In this document: positions 36,203-50,386 of the stretch, piece by piece | Layout: each line of letters starts with the position of its first letter | Numbering within the stretch: the first letter of the stretch is position 1 | Assembly (NCBI RefSeq): GCF_039654945.1 | Contig: NW_027361759.1 | Location: 12,152,001 to 12,216,000 of the forward strand | Reading direction: 5' to 3' | Source of the DNA: Dendrobates tinctorius | Lineage: Eukaryota | Length of the DNA: 64,000 nucleotides | Position numbers and translations under genes: made by a program | The notes under the pieces: model-generated | Seen by the model: only the letters and a program-made list of their open reading frames with translations | Databases searched by the model: none | Told to the model about the DNA's origin: nothing

Positions 36203-38171
36203 TATGTATGTAGTATGTATGAATGTAGTATGTATGTAGTATGTATGTATGTTGTATGAATGTAGCATATATGAAGCATGTACGTAGTATGTAGTATGTA
36301 TGCATGTTGTATGAATGTAGTATATATGTAGTATGTATGTAGTATGTATGTATGTTGTATGAATGTAGTATATATGAAGCATGTATATAGTATGTATGTT
36401 GTATGAATGTAGTATGTATGTAGTATGTATGTATGTAGTATGTATGTTTTTTTTTTATATTCAACACATTAGCCGGATGATGGGACTACTGCTGTCCCAT
36501 CATTGGCTAATGTGTCAATCACTGTCATTGTATCAGGCATCGCCCGATGGGACTTGTAGTCCCATCGGACGATGCCTGCACAGACCCCCGGCAGGCCCTC
36601 ATAGACCCCCAAGAGGCCCGTACAGGCCCCGGCAGGCCCTCACAGGGCCCCGGCAGGCCCGCATAGACCCCCAAGAGGCCCGTACAGGCCCCCGACAGAC
36701 GACACAGGCCCCCGTCAGGCCCGTACAGGCCCCGGCAGGCCCGCACAGGGCCCCAAAAGGCCCGTACAGACCCCTGACAGCTGGCACAGGCCCCCGGCAG
36801 GCCCGTACAGACCCCAGCAGGCCCGCACAGGGCCCCGGCAGGCCCGCATAGACCACCGAGAGGCCCGTACAGGCCCCCGACAGCCGGCACAGACCCCCGG
36901 CAGGCCCGTACAGGCTCGCACAGGGCCCCGGCAGGCCCGCATAGACCCCCCGAGAGGCACGTACAGGCCCCCGACAGCCGACACAGGCCCCCGGCAGGCC
37001 CGTACAGGTCCCCTGCAGTCGGCACAGACCGCGCATCATGATGACATCATTTCAGCAGCCAAGCACAGCCACAACAATTATGGGGATTTCCAATTCCGGT
37101 ATCCGATATTGAAAAAATATCAGTACTCGGTATCGGAATTCCGATACAGCGAATATCGGCCGATACCCGATATTTGCAGTATCGGAATGCTCAACACTAC
37201 CTATGACGCTCTCGGGGTCCAGACGTGTGACCGTGCAAAATTTTGTGGCTGTAGCTGCGACGGTGCAGATACCAATCCCGGACATACACACATACATACA
37301 TACAAACATACACACACACACACACACACATTGAGCTTTATATATTAGATGGGGAGATGAAGTCAAACCTGTTTATTTACCGTATGATTGTTTTTGACTT
37401 AAGAGCTTGCAGATATTTTTTCTTACATCTGAAAGAAATAAAGGTACCCACAAATCATTGTTGCATCATTGGCAAATTGAGTCTTAAACAAAACTCTTTG
37501 GTTTTGTTACTGGGTCATTAGCTTTCGCTATTCCTAAATAAGAGATCATTCTTGCTTTTTCTATGACAGTTCACTTAAATATTTTAGAGTAGGACTGAAA
37601 AGGAATCCACTATAGCTACAAGACAATTTGCAGTGTATTAAAAAGGATGCAGTTCTAGTGAGGATTTGTGAAGATATCAGAAACAAAGCTCAAATAATGG
37701 TTTCATCAGAAATAAAAATGATTGAAAAAGACCAAAGAACTCCAATTCAGGGCCAAGTTGAAGGCTCTCTCCTAATGAGCCTTCCTGCATGGGGAATCAA
37801 TTCGGGCAAAGCTCCTTGGGGCACTGTCAATCATGAAAAGGGTAGTGGTGAAGGTTGGGGGGCAGAGCAGTGCACCAAGCACTTGGCAATGCCATGAGTG
37901 CACCGATGAAGAAGTTCTAAACTTGGAAACAAGTTAACTAATAAACCACATTCTTTGGATTCCTGTCTTCTCATCATCCTTCCATGGCAGGACATTTTAA
38001 CCCATTTGATTCTATTTTTAGTTTGCCCCAATTATATAAAAGTATCATGTATGACCTAGCAACATGTAAGGATGTGCCCTCACAACATGCAATATCTACG
38101 AAATCTTTATGACTTATTTGATTGTTTATTTACGATTTGAGTGGTGAAAGTCACGATCGGTGGACCACATA

Positions 38172-38895
38172 TAGTATTTTTCAGACTATAAGATGCATTT
38201 TTTTCTGAAATTTTTTTGGGGGAAAATGGGGGGAGGGGGCGTCTTTTAGTCCAAATATAGTTACAAAATAATGTGGTGGCGGTTCCGGTCCGATGCTACA
38301 GGGCAATGCAGCCTCCCTTCCCAGGCTGCTGTGGCGATCATGCTCTGTGGTGCGGCGGTGATGCTCTGTCATGCGGCAGTGGTGCGGGGGGGCTCTGCTG
38401 GCATTTTGTGAAATTCCGGAGGCCCCCACAGATCCATTGCTGCAATGCGGTGGCCTCCGGGAAAATGGCCACCAGGGGTGGCGCAGGCTCAGATTGAGAT
38501 CTCAGCGCTGAGATCGGGCGAGATCTCGGGAGACGAGATCTTGGGATGAGATCTCGTTGCTGAGATCTGAATCTGAGCATGCACCGCACCGGCGACCATT
38601 TCCCAGAGGTCGCCACAGCACAGAGCATCACTGCCGCACCCCAGAGGACCATCGCTGCACCAGCCTGGAATGGGATTTACCCTAGGCCACCGCAACAGCC
38701 TGGACCACTGAACACCCTTTTGACCACGCTCCCCTGTGACCACTCCTCCAACTTTGCCGATTTCCCCCTGGTAAGCTGAATTTGGACTATAAGACTGACC
38801 CCCATTTGACACATTATTTTTTTTACCTATTTTCCATCTGAAAATTTTGGGGTGCGTTTAATGATCCAGTGCACCTTATCGTCCGAAAAATACAG
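38172..38895. mobile_element. Tc2/pogo-like MITE
   Basis: Imperfect TIRs GTATTTTTCAGACTATAAGATGCA / TGCACCTTATCGTCCGAAAAATAC with flanking TA. Confidence 0.65.
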
Positions 38896-41800
38896 TAAAC
38901 TTCCAAGGAGCTACTTTTTATTTACATCTTAAAATCAAACTTCATTTAGTTATTAGATTGTGCTTTGAGATGAGTCCAACTTCTGAAATGAAAAAACTTT
39001 GCCCCCACACTCTTCATATAAACATCAAGAGGTAAGACTTCTTGAATAGCCAAGTTATACAATCTACAATGTTTTAAAATGAACTTTTTGTGTCTTCTCC
39101 AGACATGAACCCAAGATTCATCATCACAGACATATTATACGCTTTGTGTTTGGTGTACCCTGTGGAAATAAATGACTCTGCTACACAATAATGAGGCATG
39201 ACATTAAATTGGAATTCTACATGCATGTATTAAAGCCCTTAACATTCATTACCACACTGTCATTATTTTTTACTCCAGTTCAGTTAGTCTTTTATGTGAA
39301 TACAAGAATGTTAGCTGAAATGTCCTCGGCTGAGCACAGATTTTTCACCGTACTGCACTTTGCTTTACTCAATTCTGAATAAAATACGTACAAAACAAAG
39401 GAACAAATCGCTTTCAGTGAATTAATTATCCAAAGGATAAAACTAATTCACATGTTTACATTGTTATAAAGCATTTATCCTCGTTTGCACTGTACAGTCA
39501 GGGTCCAAATGAGGAGCTACACACAGAATACCGTCGCAAGTGCACACGGAGAAAGAGGATAAACTTGTTGCCCTGGATAGAATGGAACATTGAACAGTAA
39601 AGTTAAATCAACAACGAAGAAAAAAAATTTGAACCACTCAGAGGAGAGATCGTTCCAGTCTCCATACAGAGCATAAACCACCTCTATGACCCTGCTACCC
39701 CAGCAGTCCGCCACGCTATACATCTTGTGTCTGCTGTGTTCTAACTTTGTATCTTGTCATCACTTATTTTCTGCCATCTTTTATTGACTATACTTTTACA
39801 TGGATGTAGGCCTGCAATTTAGAGGATGCCTACAATACTGCTTGTGTGCAGGGATTTATCAATCGAGAACAGAGCTAAGTGGCGTCCGCCGGGGGCCAGC
39901 ACTATTTTCAACTATAAGTCATTGGACTAGCTATGAAGACTATTGCAGAGCAGATAGCCACTTGCTCCCTGTCCATAAATACCTATACAAGACAAGTCAC
40001 AGGCCTATCAGAGGGAAACAGCAGCAAATAACATTGGACATCCCATCAGCAAGCTTTGCAATGAGTCACTGCATTAAACCACCTGCACAAAACAATGGAG
40101 GAGAGAAAACTGAGCTTCTGGTTGTGGTAGTAAGGACAGGTGAGAGACAGGTGAGTGACATGCTTTTTTTTGACTGCCATGATAAGCGGACTGTGTAGAG
40201 GCATTACTACCGGATGGGCGGTCATTATTAGTGCATGAGGGCCACAGTGAGAGATTTTATTAATGCATGGGCACAGCAGGAGGGCTATTTATTAGCATAT
40301 GGGACCACACTGGGGGACTTATTTAGTGTATGGGGCGGCAATGAGGGACATTGCTAATGTACAGGAACAGAAAAGGTATACTGTACCAATGCATTGGTAC
40401 CACCAGTCATTGGTGCCTTACTGCTGCATTCGGACACAAAGACAGACATTACTACTGTAAAGGGGCACAAAGCGAAATTTTACTATTGTATGAGGGCTAT
40501 AAAAAAGGACATAAGCATTAGCGTGTGAGGACCACAGAATAGGACATTTTTACTCTTAGCGGGTCATAATAGGAGACATCACTAGAGTAATATATTTATG
40601 GGAGGATACTGTAACTGTTGTGGAAATAAAATGAAGTTACTGTTACTGTGTAGAACACCAGCGTAGGTAGGGGGCAACCGACAGGGGGGTGGTCCGTTAC
40701 TGGCCGCAAACAGACTCGAGACAGAGACAGGATTATGTCCAACAGGTCTTCTTTATTGATCGTAATCTTCCACGACCCACAGCTCCACACAGCAGCTGTA
40801 CAATACACTCCACAGCTCTACACAACAGCTGCTCGACAGGCCCCGCAGCTTCACACAACAGCTGCTCGATTAGCGGCTTCACACAGCAGCTGCTCGACTA
40901 TCTCTGCTGCTTCCCACAGCAGCTGCTCGACTATCCCCGCAGCTTCACACAGCAGCTGCTTGACTCCGCGCATAGGCCCGGGTACCTTCACTCTCTTTCT
41001 TTAGTTACTTAACATCCCTCGCGGTTCTTCCACTGTGGCTGCCCTAAGCCTACCACCACAGCGGTTTAACAGTCCGAGTCCGTTCTTGTTATGGTACCCC
41101 AGTCTGTCTCTGTCTGCGGCCTCTCCTGTCTGGGCCACCCCCCGTGACCTTTCTCAGCTGCCAGTCCTCTCCGGAGCCTTTCCTTAGTCCTTTCTGCTCA
41201 GCGTAGTTCCTGTCTCCTGGGCTCCCGTCACTGACTGACCTTTCCAGAACCTTCCATCTGCCTTTTATCACCTTCGGCTCTGGTACACCCTTCCTTCCTA
41301 TCTCCAGCTGTTTCCCCACTTTCACCACAACAATCCACCCACAATACTCAACACCTCTGCCTTCCCACTGCAGACTTGTCTGTCCGTCCGTCCACCTTCC
41401 CTACACCAGGACAGCACCATAATATTTTCTTCATCTGGTGTCATGTAGAAATGGGGTAAAAAGCGGGAATGGTGTTCTAAGACCAATGAGTAATAGCATT
41501 AGCAATCTATGTCTTGCATTCTGCTGTGAAGAGTCCTGGCTGGAAGAAGTCATAATGGTCTGCATTCGCTGAAGAAAAAAAGCTAAAATGAATTACTCCA
41601 ATTGGAGACATCACTGGATTGAATTGTATTGTACACACATATATCATCTATAGAGCTCCAGTGGTTTACGTTAAAGATCAGTATGGTGAAATGGTATTAT
41701 TCAGTTACCACTCTATATGCTGTATGTGGTCGTTGTAAGGTGGTATTTGTTTCTTGTATGTGGCATTATTTTTACCTTCAGTCTTGGAATAGTGGGTTTT

Positions 41801-42064
41801 GATCAGTAACAAGATGGTTGATACCTTTAGATACTATGTGGTGGAAATACTGTATGTGTTTGTGGTGTGGCTGCATTATGTTGCTCGTACGTGTTGTATT
41901 ATTGGTAATATTGCTCTTGGAAAAATGGACTTTGTTCAGAAACAATATGATAATATTTCTTATTTGATAATGGTATGATTTAGAAAAAGTAATTAGAAAA
42001 TCTTATTGCTGTGTTTTTTCATAATCATTTTAATTGTACTACATTTTTTATGGGGGTGAGCATA

Positions 42065-42425
42065 CAGTCATGGCAGATCTTAAAACCTGCTGATGGGAGA
42101 AGGCACCTTCAAATATGAGAGCCCTGGAGCAGTTTGCAAAAGAGGAGTGGTCAAAAATTCCAGTCGAGAGGTGTAAGAAGCTTGTTGATGGTTATAGGAA
42201 GCGATTGCTGTTATTTCTTCCAAATATTAAATTGAGGGTGCCAACAATTTTGATTGGCCCATTTTTGGGGATTTGTGTGAAATTATGTTTAATTTGCCTT
42301 TTTTTCTGTTTTCCATGTGTTATTACAATACACACAAAGGAAATAAATGTGTATACAAAACCGTGGAATTGCAATAATTTTCTCGTAGAAATACTACATT
42401 TCTGGAACAATTTCAAGGTTGCCAA
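42065..42425 (+). mobile_element. Internally deleted Tc1 relic
   Basis: TA-CAGTCATGGC fused to the C-terminal LEQFAKEEWSKIPVERCKKLVDGYRKRL. Confidence 0.7.
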
Positions 42426-43379
42426 GTGTTCAATAGTCCCCTTAGGAGACTTGAAGCTACGATATTCCAATCACTTGTGCTACTCGTACAGTAGCAGGCT
42501 GCAACCCTGCTATCTGTAGCAAAAATCATAATCTCCTATGAACGTCGGCCACGGCCGGTGTTCATAGGAGATATGCAATGACAAGCAAGAGAGCCTTCTG
42601 CAGACTCCCGATTGTCATGTCAACCCATCAGCGCCACCACGCGATCAAAGAACAGGGGCATCGATGACCAGGATTTGTGTCACGTTTTCTGTAAGCGCTA
42701 ATTAAGTGCCACTGTCAGAGATTTATAGTGGCATTTAACACACTAACAGGCGCGGGTGGATTGCAATTCCACCAGCGGCTATTAGGGTGCATATGACAGC
42801 TGATCAGCTCTCAAGTGCCGGAAAAGATGTGTGCTCAGATGTGGCATCAAATACAGGGACACAACCTATGATGTACCTACTGCATACATCATAGGTCGCG
42901 AAAGGGGATTGTACACTGTGTGGATGTGTGGACTGTGGCATACAAAAATTGAAACAGTAATCTAGCTGTTGCAGTGAGAACCCAGCTGTATGTAAAAGCC
43001 AGCTACAGGTGCACATGGCACAGACATAACCCATGTCCAGACTGCTTCTGTGCCAACAGGGTGCCATGTAAGTTCCTTATTCTAGAGGAGATTGACATAA
43101 TATTGTATACCTTAATTGGGTCTTTTTAGCGCTTAATAAAAAAAATAGATTATGTAAAGTTAGAGAATACTCAAGTCACTGACATTTCTGAACATACCAG
43201 ACCACGACGGTATTATGACTGCTGGAATTGAGAAAAATGGGGTTCAATGATCGGCGGAATTACTGCTTCTGCCACTCTGAGCCCAAATCATTTTGCTCAG
43301 CTCCAGTACAATTAGAATAACACTGTGAAAGGTCCAGGACAGACTAAAGCATCAAGTTTTCTACCACTTTACTTACTCT

Positions 43380-44619
43380 TGGGTCGCCCTCACACCCAGG
43401 GCGGCGGGGTACTTGGTACCGGGCCCGCGGATCTCCACGAGTGGGGTTGTTGTCAAGGCAGCTATGACCCGGTCCGTGGCCCTGGGCGCCCATTGTAAAT
43501 AGCAGAAATGTTCATTGAATGATTTGTGACGCCACCTGTGGTGTTCAGCAAGAAAGGTGTTAAGCCAACGCTGCAGACAGATCCTCTGGGACAGATGGTG
43601 TAGTGCAGCAATGATGTTGTGGCCCTCCACAGGTAGGGCAGTAGTCCCAGGGCAGTGTAGGTGAAGAGATAGGGAAGAGATGTAGATGGTGCAGTGTCAG
43701 GCACAGAGATGTAGCAGTGCTGAGGGTGTTGGCGCAGGAATAAGCGGAGGACACCAGGGCTTGTAGTTCCAAAGCTTTACTCACAGTCTGTGGAGCATAC
43801 AGGTGCCCGCATCCGTGCCGTGTCCCCCAGGTCAGGAGCTCAGCCAACTTCCAGGCAAGATGAAGTACTCCGTTCCAACACTCCGCCAACATATGTGGCT
43901 TTGCTGATCGTCTCCCTTTTGCACCTTTAGTGAAGTACTCTTACAGTTACAATGGAGTTCCTCCTATCAGATGTTCCTATGAACTCTACTTGTATGGCAG
44001 ACAGCTGTAGCCTGCTTCGGGGACTCCTTGCTACTAAGTCCCGGCTCACTCACATTGCTGTTGTGCCCTCAAGTCTTGTGTGGGAATAAAGTGGTGACAA
44101 CTTCTATTCCTCCGGTGTCTGCTGCAGGACCATTAGTATCCATACAACCTCGGGGACCGGACCCCGGCCTTGCGCTGTGAACTTGAGAAGGGTCCTCCTT
44201 TTCTCCTTACGTTCCGTTCAAATCTATCTTTCTTATGAAGAGTTAGGCTTTCCATCAATGTCTCTTTCCTGTGCCAGCAGACCCAGGTCACTGAGGTCCG
44301 CTGCAGCACTTCCCTCCATCCATCCCACTCAGGGGATCTTCTCTCACAGACTGACCCCATCAGACTGCCTGAGTCAGACTGACTGCCCAAATCCTAAACT
44401 CTTCCCAATCTTTTGGTGCAGACTAAGCTCCACCCACCTCCCAGCACTCTTCGTGTTCCAAGCAGGGAGCCACCAAAGGATGCTTTGCTACACTACTATG
44501 TTGTGTGGGATGCAGGTGTTGGAGTGTGGTCAGGTGTCTCCACCTTACCTGAATGGTGGGGCACCACACCTCAGGAGGTGCAGTACCTCTGTGGCGACTG
44601 AACCCTCAGGGGCGTCACA
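43380..44619. mobile_element. Solo LTR (1240 bp)
   Basis: TGGGTCGCC...GGCGTCACA termini with 4-bp TSD CTCT. Confidence 0.7.
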
Positions 44620-46089
44620 CTCTATTTTAGCTAAAATCAAGCTGTAAAAAAATCCAATTAGGATGTACAGTATTATATAATCTGCTCCTTATGTATTAAT
44701 GACTTTGTCTTATTCTGTAGTATAGGTAATGGGGTGCTCACCACAATAAAATAGGTGCTCAGGGGTAAAGAGTAAATACTAGTATTTGTCTTATTCTGCA
44801 TATAAGTGCCATGGTTCCTATTTATGATACTATTTTGGATTCATCCATTGCGACTGAGCACTTGATATATTGTACCTAGAGTGCTGGCCATAATTTAGAG
44901 TGATTGTCATGAGGTGCCATGAGAAAGAGGAAGCTGTAATGTCTTCTGTGTGGTACGACACGTCTCTCAAAGTGATACATCTTACAACCCTCCAGCTCAT
45001 AGCGATAAAAGAGCGCACTCTCGCTGTACAATTCTTTATTGTAGATAAATAACATGATACACATGAAGATCCTTCATCCCAACTCAAGGCCAATGGCGAT
45101 TTCATGTCTCCTGTTGCTCGTTCAAGGCCTCTAGATCAAGCTTAGGTCACTAACTATGAATTGGACTCCATTTTTTTTATTGCTCCTTAGAATTTCAAAG
45201 AGAAAGCATCAACATACATGTGCCAATAAAATACTCTCCGATGACACCTTAGGACATTGATAAATCTTGTAGGTATGCATAGCTGTTCATGCTTCTAAAT
45301 AATTTTTTTCTCTGCTCATACTATAAAGTTCATACTTAGAGGTTTTGGAGAAATTGTATGGTAACAAAAAAAAATGCCAGAATGTAAGCATTTAATTTGG
45401 CCATTTGCAATTTTGAAAAGAAAAAAACATACAATATAAGAAAAAAACATTGAATAAATAAGTGGAGTGGTCAATACCTTTAGTGATATTTCACAGTCCT
45501 TTTAATGCCTGGAAGATTAAGGTGCCCCGATATTTAATGCAGATCCATCACCAGAACAACTGAGGTCAGCACAGCGTCAAGGTTCGTCAATGCTGGTACA
45601 AATCTTTCTAGACTCCTTCTATCTTTTAAAAAAAATCTGCCATTTTCAGGTATGTAAATCCTATTAATGGTTCACTCACACCAGTGTATACATCAGACAA
45701 GTTCTATCTGATTTTTTATGGATAGCACTCAGACCAATGTTATTCAAAGGGGTAGTGCTGATGACTGATTTTTTTTTCCTGACTGAATCGGATGCCAGTT
45801 GCCCATTCAAGCCTATGGGTGGGTGGAAACAATGGTCTACACTCGGATGATATTTGACTACAATCCGATTTCCACATCCTCACACAATGGAAAAGATGGA
45901 GAAATTTTGTTCTTCATCTTCTCCTCACAATGTCCTCCAATCCTCTCATCCAAAAGAATTGGATTACACTAAGCTGACACTCAGATCAAAGTCTGATCAG
46001 AGTGTCATTTGCAAACAGCCCAATTATGTAAGAATCTATGTTCGTCTGACTGTAGCCTAAAAGCTTGATTCAGCAGGTTAGTTATTTAC

Positions 46090-46382
46090 TAGGGATGAGC
46101 AGACCCATGGAAGTTAGGGTTCTGGTACCCAACCCGAACTTTATTCCAAAGTTTGGTTTGTGTTCCAAAACTGTACCCGAACTTGAACCTAAACTCGAAC
46201 CCCTTTGAAAACAATGAGACCTGAACTTTTGAGCTCTCTCTCACACACTGGAATGAACTTCCCCCAGAATGCCAAACACTGCAACAGTCTTCTGTGAGAA
46301 GTCCGTTCAGCGTTTAGCACCAGACACTAACTGCCCAGTACGACAAAACCCGAACATTTAAATTCAGGTTCGCTCACCTCTA
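46090..46382. mobile_element. hAT MITE
   Basis: TAGGGATGAGC / GCTCACCTCTA; TSD TTATTTAC / TTCTTTAC (7/8); CCGAAC subterminal repeats. Confidence 0.75.
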
Positions 46383-47301
46383 TTCTTTACCAATATTGTT
46401 TCACCACCTCCCTCCTGCCCCTAGAACTGTGATTAGCATCTAAGAACTTTCTGGAATCTGTGTAAATCTACCATACAAAAACTATAGATTTACTCTGCAA
46501 CAGTGAAATTACAACACCAGGAAGGAAAGGTTGTGGAGTTCTGAAAATTACAGAGCGCTCATACTCGACCAGCGAAGAGGTAAGGATATTGTTGGTTTTT
46601 TGTTTTATTTTTTTACAGGTCGATGGTTTATTTATAGATTAGCAGAGTAATAAATCTGGTCAAAAGCGTGGTGTCTTTATTTCATAAAAATAATTTTTAA
46701 TTAATGTCTGTGTTTTTTAACCCTTTAATAGTCTAGGGTTAATAATGGATCGATGTCTTATTGACACCTCTCCATTATTAATCGGCTTAATGTCACCTTC
46801 CAATAGCAAGGTGACATTAACCCATTAATATTAACCCATTAGCCACCGCTACAGGGCAATGGGAATAGAGAGGTTGAGTGCCAGAAAAGGCGCATCTTAT
46901 AGATGCGCCTTTTCTAGGGTGTCTGGGGGCAGATATTTGTAGCCGGGGGGCCAAAAACAATGGTCCCTCTCATGGCTATTAAAATATGCCCTCACTCACT
47001 GGCTTTCCCTCTCTGGTTGTGATTTTACCGCGGGAGCCCACGCAATTTTTTTCAATGAATTAACCCCTTTATTTAACACCTAGATGTCCCAAATTTTTCA
47101 CACAAGTCCTAATCTAATTATTAGTCAGGGACATATAAAAAAATACATGAAATGAAATGGTTTACTGTATGTAAACCATGTGTTACTTCATGTCAGGTTT
47201 TGAATTGATTTTACAGAAGCTGGTAATTGAATTAGCGGCTATTCTGCTATGTAGAACTCTATGAAATATATATATATGTGTCTCAATGACATGTATATAT
47301 A

Positions 47302-48906
47302 CAGTGGGGCAAAAAAGTATTTAGTCAGTCAGCAATAGTGCAAGTTCCACCACTTAAAAAGATGAGAGGCGTCTGTAATTTACATCATAGGTAGACCTCA
47401 ACTATGGGAGACAAACTGAGAAAAAAAAATCCAGAAAATCACATTGTCTGTTTTTTTTCATTTTATTTGCATATTATGGTGGAAAATAAGTATTTGGTCA
47501 GAAACAAAATTTCATCTCAATACTTTGTGATATATCCTTTGTTGGCAATGACAGAGGTCAAACGTTTTCTGTAAGTCTTCACAAGGTTGCCACACACTGT
47601 TGTTGGTATGTTGGCCCATTCCTCCATGCAGATCTCCTCTAGAGCAGTGATGTTTTTGGCTTTTCGCTTGGCAACACGGACTTTCAACTCCCTCCAAAGG
47701 TTTTCTATAGGGTTGAGATCTGGAGACTGGCTAGGCCACTCCAGGACCTTGAAATGCTTCTTACGAAGCCACTCCTTCGTTGCCCTGGCGGTGTGCTTTG
47801 GATCATTGTCATGTTGAAAGACCCAGCCACGTTTCATCTTCAATGCCCTTGCTGATGGAAGGAGGTTTGCACTCAAAATCTCACGATACATGGCCCCATT
47901 CATTCTTTCATGTACCCGGATCAGTCGTCCTGGCCCCTTTGCAGAGAAACAGCCCCAAAGCATGATGTTTCCACCACCATGCTTTTCAGTAGGTATGGTG
48001 TTTGATGGATGCAACTCAGTATTCTTTTTCCTCCAAACACGACAAGTTGTGTTTCTACCAAACAGTTCCAGTTTGGTTTCATCAGACCATGGGACATTCT
48101 CCCAAAACTCCTCTGGATCATCCAAATGCTCTCTAGCAAACTTCAGACGGGCCCGGACATGTACAGGCTTAAGCAGTGGGACACGTCTGGCACTGCAGGA
48201 TCTGAGTCCATGGTGGCGTAGTGTTTTACTTATGGTAGGCCTTGTTACATTGGTCCCAGCTCTCTGCAGTTCATTCACTAGGTCCCCCCGCGTGGTTCTG
48301 GGATTTTTGCTCACCGTTCTTGTGATCATTCTGACCCCACGGGGTGGGATTTTGCGTGGAGCACCAGATCGAGGGAGATTATCAGTGGTCTTGTATGTCT
48401 TCCATTTTCTAATTATTGCTCCCACAGTTGATTTCTTCACTCCAAGCTGGTTGGCTATTGCAGATTCAGTCTTCCCAGCCTGGTGCAGGGCTACAATTTT
48501 GTTTCTGGTGTCCTTTGACAGCTCTTTGGTCTTCACCATAGTGGAGTTTGGAGTCAGACTGTTTGAGGGTGTGCACAGGTGTCTTTTTATACTGATAACA
48601 AGTTTAAACAGGTGCCATTACTACAGGTAATGAGTGGAGGAAAGAGGAGACTCTTAAAGAAGAAGTTACAGGTCTGTGAGAGCCAGAAATCTTGATTGCT
48701 TGTTTCTGACCAAATACTTATTTTCCACCATAATATGCAAATAAAATGAAAAAAAAACAGACAATGTGATTTTCTGGATTTTTTTTTCTCAGTTTGTCTC
48801 CCATAGTTGAGATCTACCTATGATGTAAATTACAGACGCCTCTCATCTTTTTAAGTGGTGGAACTTGCACTATTGCTGACTGACTAAATACTTTTTTGCC
48901 CCACTG
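47302..48906 (-). mobile_element. Full-length Tc1 (IR/DR type), copy B
   Basis: ~200-bp TIRs starting CAGTGGGGCAAAAAAG, TA TSD, near-identical to copy A. Confidence 0.96.
47517..48539 (-). CDS. ORF-intact 340-aa DD34E Tc1 transposase
   Basis: WSDETK, FQHDND and SPDLNPIEN with 34-residue D-E spacing; GAPR and HTH motifs. Confidence 0.95.
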   Translation of the reverse strand: MVKTKELSKDTRNKIVALHQAGKTESAIANQLGVKKSTVGAIIRKWKTYKTTDNLPRSGAPRKIPPRGVRMITRTVSKNPRTTRGDLVNELQRAGTNVTRPTISKTLRHHGLRSCSARRVPLLKPVHVRARLKFAREHLDDPEEFWENVPWSDETKLELFGRNTTCRVWRKKNTELHPSNTIPTEKHGGGNIMLWGCFSAKGPGRLIRVHERMNGAMYREILSANLLPSARALKMKRGWVFQHDNDPKHTARATKEWLRKKHFKVLEWPSQSPDLNPIENLWRELKVRVAKRKAKNITALEEICMEEWANIPTTVCGNLVKTYRKRLTSVIANKGYITKY

Positions 48907-48912
48907 TATATA

Positions 48913-49080
48913 TATACAATACGATACACTTTATTGATCCCGAGGGAAATTATGATGTCACAGCAGCGTTACAACAGCATTACAAGCAAAACATTACGAA
49001 CAGCATTAATACATTACATTACAAACAGCATTACAGAGAGTAATTACTAGACACAGATCCTGTGCATGACTAACCACAAT
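48913..49080 (-). mobile_element. Possible 3' tail of a Rex1/Babar-type LINE
   Basis: ACAATACGATACACTTTATTGATCCC: minus-strand polyA signal followed by a short-repeat tail. Confidence 0.4.
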
Positions 49081-49220
49081 ACGTAGCAAACAAACGTACA
49101 CAAGTCTCTGATCCTTTACATTAGTGCGCCATCCCTAGGTCATAGCCATCTTTCACCCTTAGTGAATTGTTAAACATCCCTAGGTCATAGCCATCTTTCA
49201 CCCTTAGTGAATTGTATATA

Positions 49221-49735
49221 CAGCACAGACCAAAAGTTTGGACACACCTTCTCATTCAAAGAGTTTTCTTTATTTTCATGACCATGAAAATTGTAGATTC
49301 ACTCTGAAGGCATCAAAACTATGAATTAACACATGTGGAATTATATAATTAACAAAAAAGTGTAACAACTGAAAATACTGTATGTCATATTCTAGGTTCT
49401 TCAAAGTAGCCACCTTTTTCTTTGATTACTGCTTTGCACACTCTTGGCATTCTCTTGATGAGCTTCAAGAGGTAGTCACCGGAAATGGTCTTCCAACAGT
49501 CTTGAAGGAGTTCCTAGAGATGCTTAGCACTTGTTAGCCCTTTTGCCTTCACTCTGCGGTCCAGCTCACCCCAAACCATCTCGATTGGGTTCAGGTCTGG
49601 TGACTGTGGAGGCCAGGTCATCTGGCGTAGCACCCCATCACTCTCCTTCTTGGTCAAATAGCCCTTACACAGCCTGGAGGTGTTGTTGGGGGTCATTGTC
49701 CTGTTGAAAAATAAATGATGGTCCAACTAAACGCA
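49221..49735 (-). mobile_element. Truncated Tc1 relic (third family)
   Basis: TIR CAGCACAGACCAAAAGTTTGGACACACC; [17 protein letters not shown]. Confidence 0.8.
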
Positions 49736-50386
49736 GAAAATCATGGAAACATGTTTTTTTTTATTTGAGTCTCGATCAAACCAATACAATGTGATCAAAC
49801 CAATGTAATGTGGCAGCAAATGTAAATCTATGGATTGAGAAGCTTTTTCTTTTTCAGCTGAGAAAAATCTGATGAAACTTTGACCAAACTTTGATGGTGT
49901 CATGTCCCATGATTTTGAATCATCAGACAGTACTGCATTTTACCATATTGTTGTTTCCATTGCTGTATATAGATCTGTTCCTTTTAGAGGTTTTCTCCTC
50001 ACCCCTTGCATGTGACTCTCATTTCTGTAACCCCTCCCTTCTTCTCCATTTTGGAGTCTTCTCCATCTTGGAGACACACGTTTATACAGCTCAGTACAAG
50101 GAAAATCTATTTTTACCTACTGTAACGTGCATTATGCAAGGATTCAGCCGAGAATAAACCTTCTACTGGACTCTTCAAACTTGCTCTTTTCAGTCGAGTT
50201 TAAACTATCTGCGGACATCACTAAACATGAGTAACGGTCAACAGACTCCATGGGTTGGCAGTCTGAGCGCCCACACACTTACAGTTTGGCCATGAGGCAG
50301 AATAGTAAAAAGAGATTCCTGCAGTTACATCTGTAAAATCGTCTCCAGCTTCTACAAGTCAGAGCAGACATTAGAAGATCTGCTTA

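Larger units (their letters stand above)
31900..36446. repeat. Complex ATGT/ATGTAGT microsatellite, split by two Tc1 insertions
   Basis: Arrays at 31900-32168, 33785-34596 and 36203-36446. Confidence 0.95.
30859..37199. mobile_element. Non-autonomous hAT element (6.3 kb including nested inserts)
   Basis: TIR TAGTGTTGAGC / GCTCAACACTA with 8-bp TSD CCTATGAC (30851-30858, 37200-37207). Confidence 0.9.
30220..37349 (-). mobile_element. Non-autonomous Helitron relic (5' end duplicated, 3' end not found)
   Basis: Minus-strand A|TCTAATATATAAAG 5' end at 37349. The 5' module repeats at 30603-30770. A PIF1 helicase fragment lies downstream. Confidence 0.7.

Noticed and set aside
30904-37039. Long ORFs rich in G/P/C/R or H/T/Y/I
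   Set aside because: They are translations of mini- and microsatellites, open in several frames
40649-41405. Solo LTR (TGTAG...CTACA)
   Set aside because: No matching TSD was found, so the boundaries are unsupported
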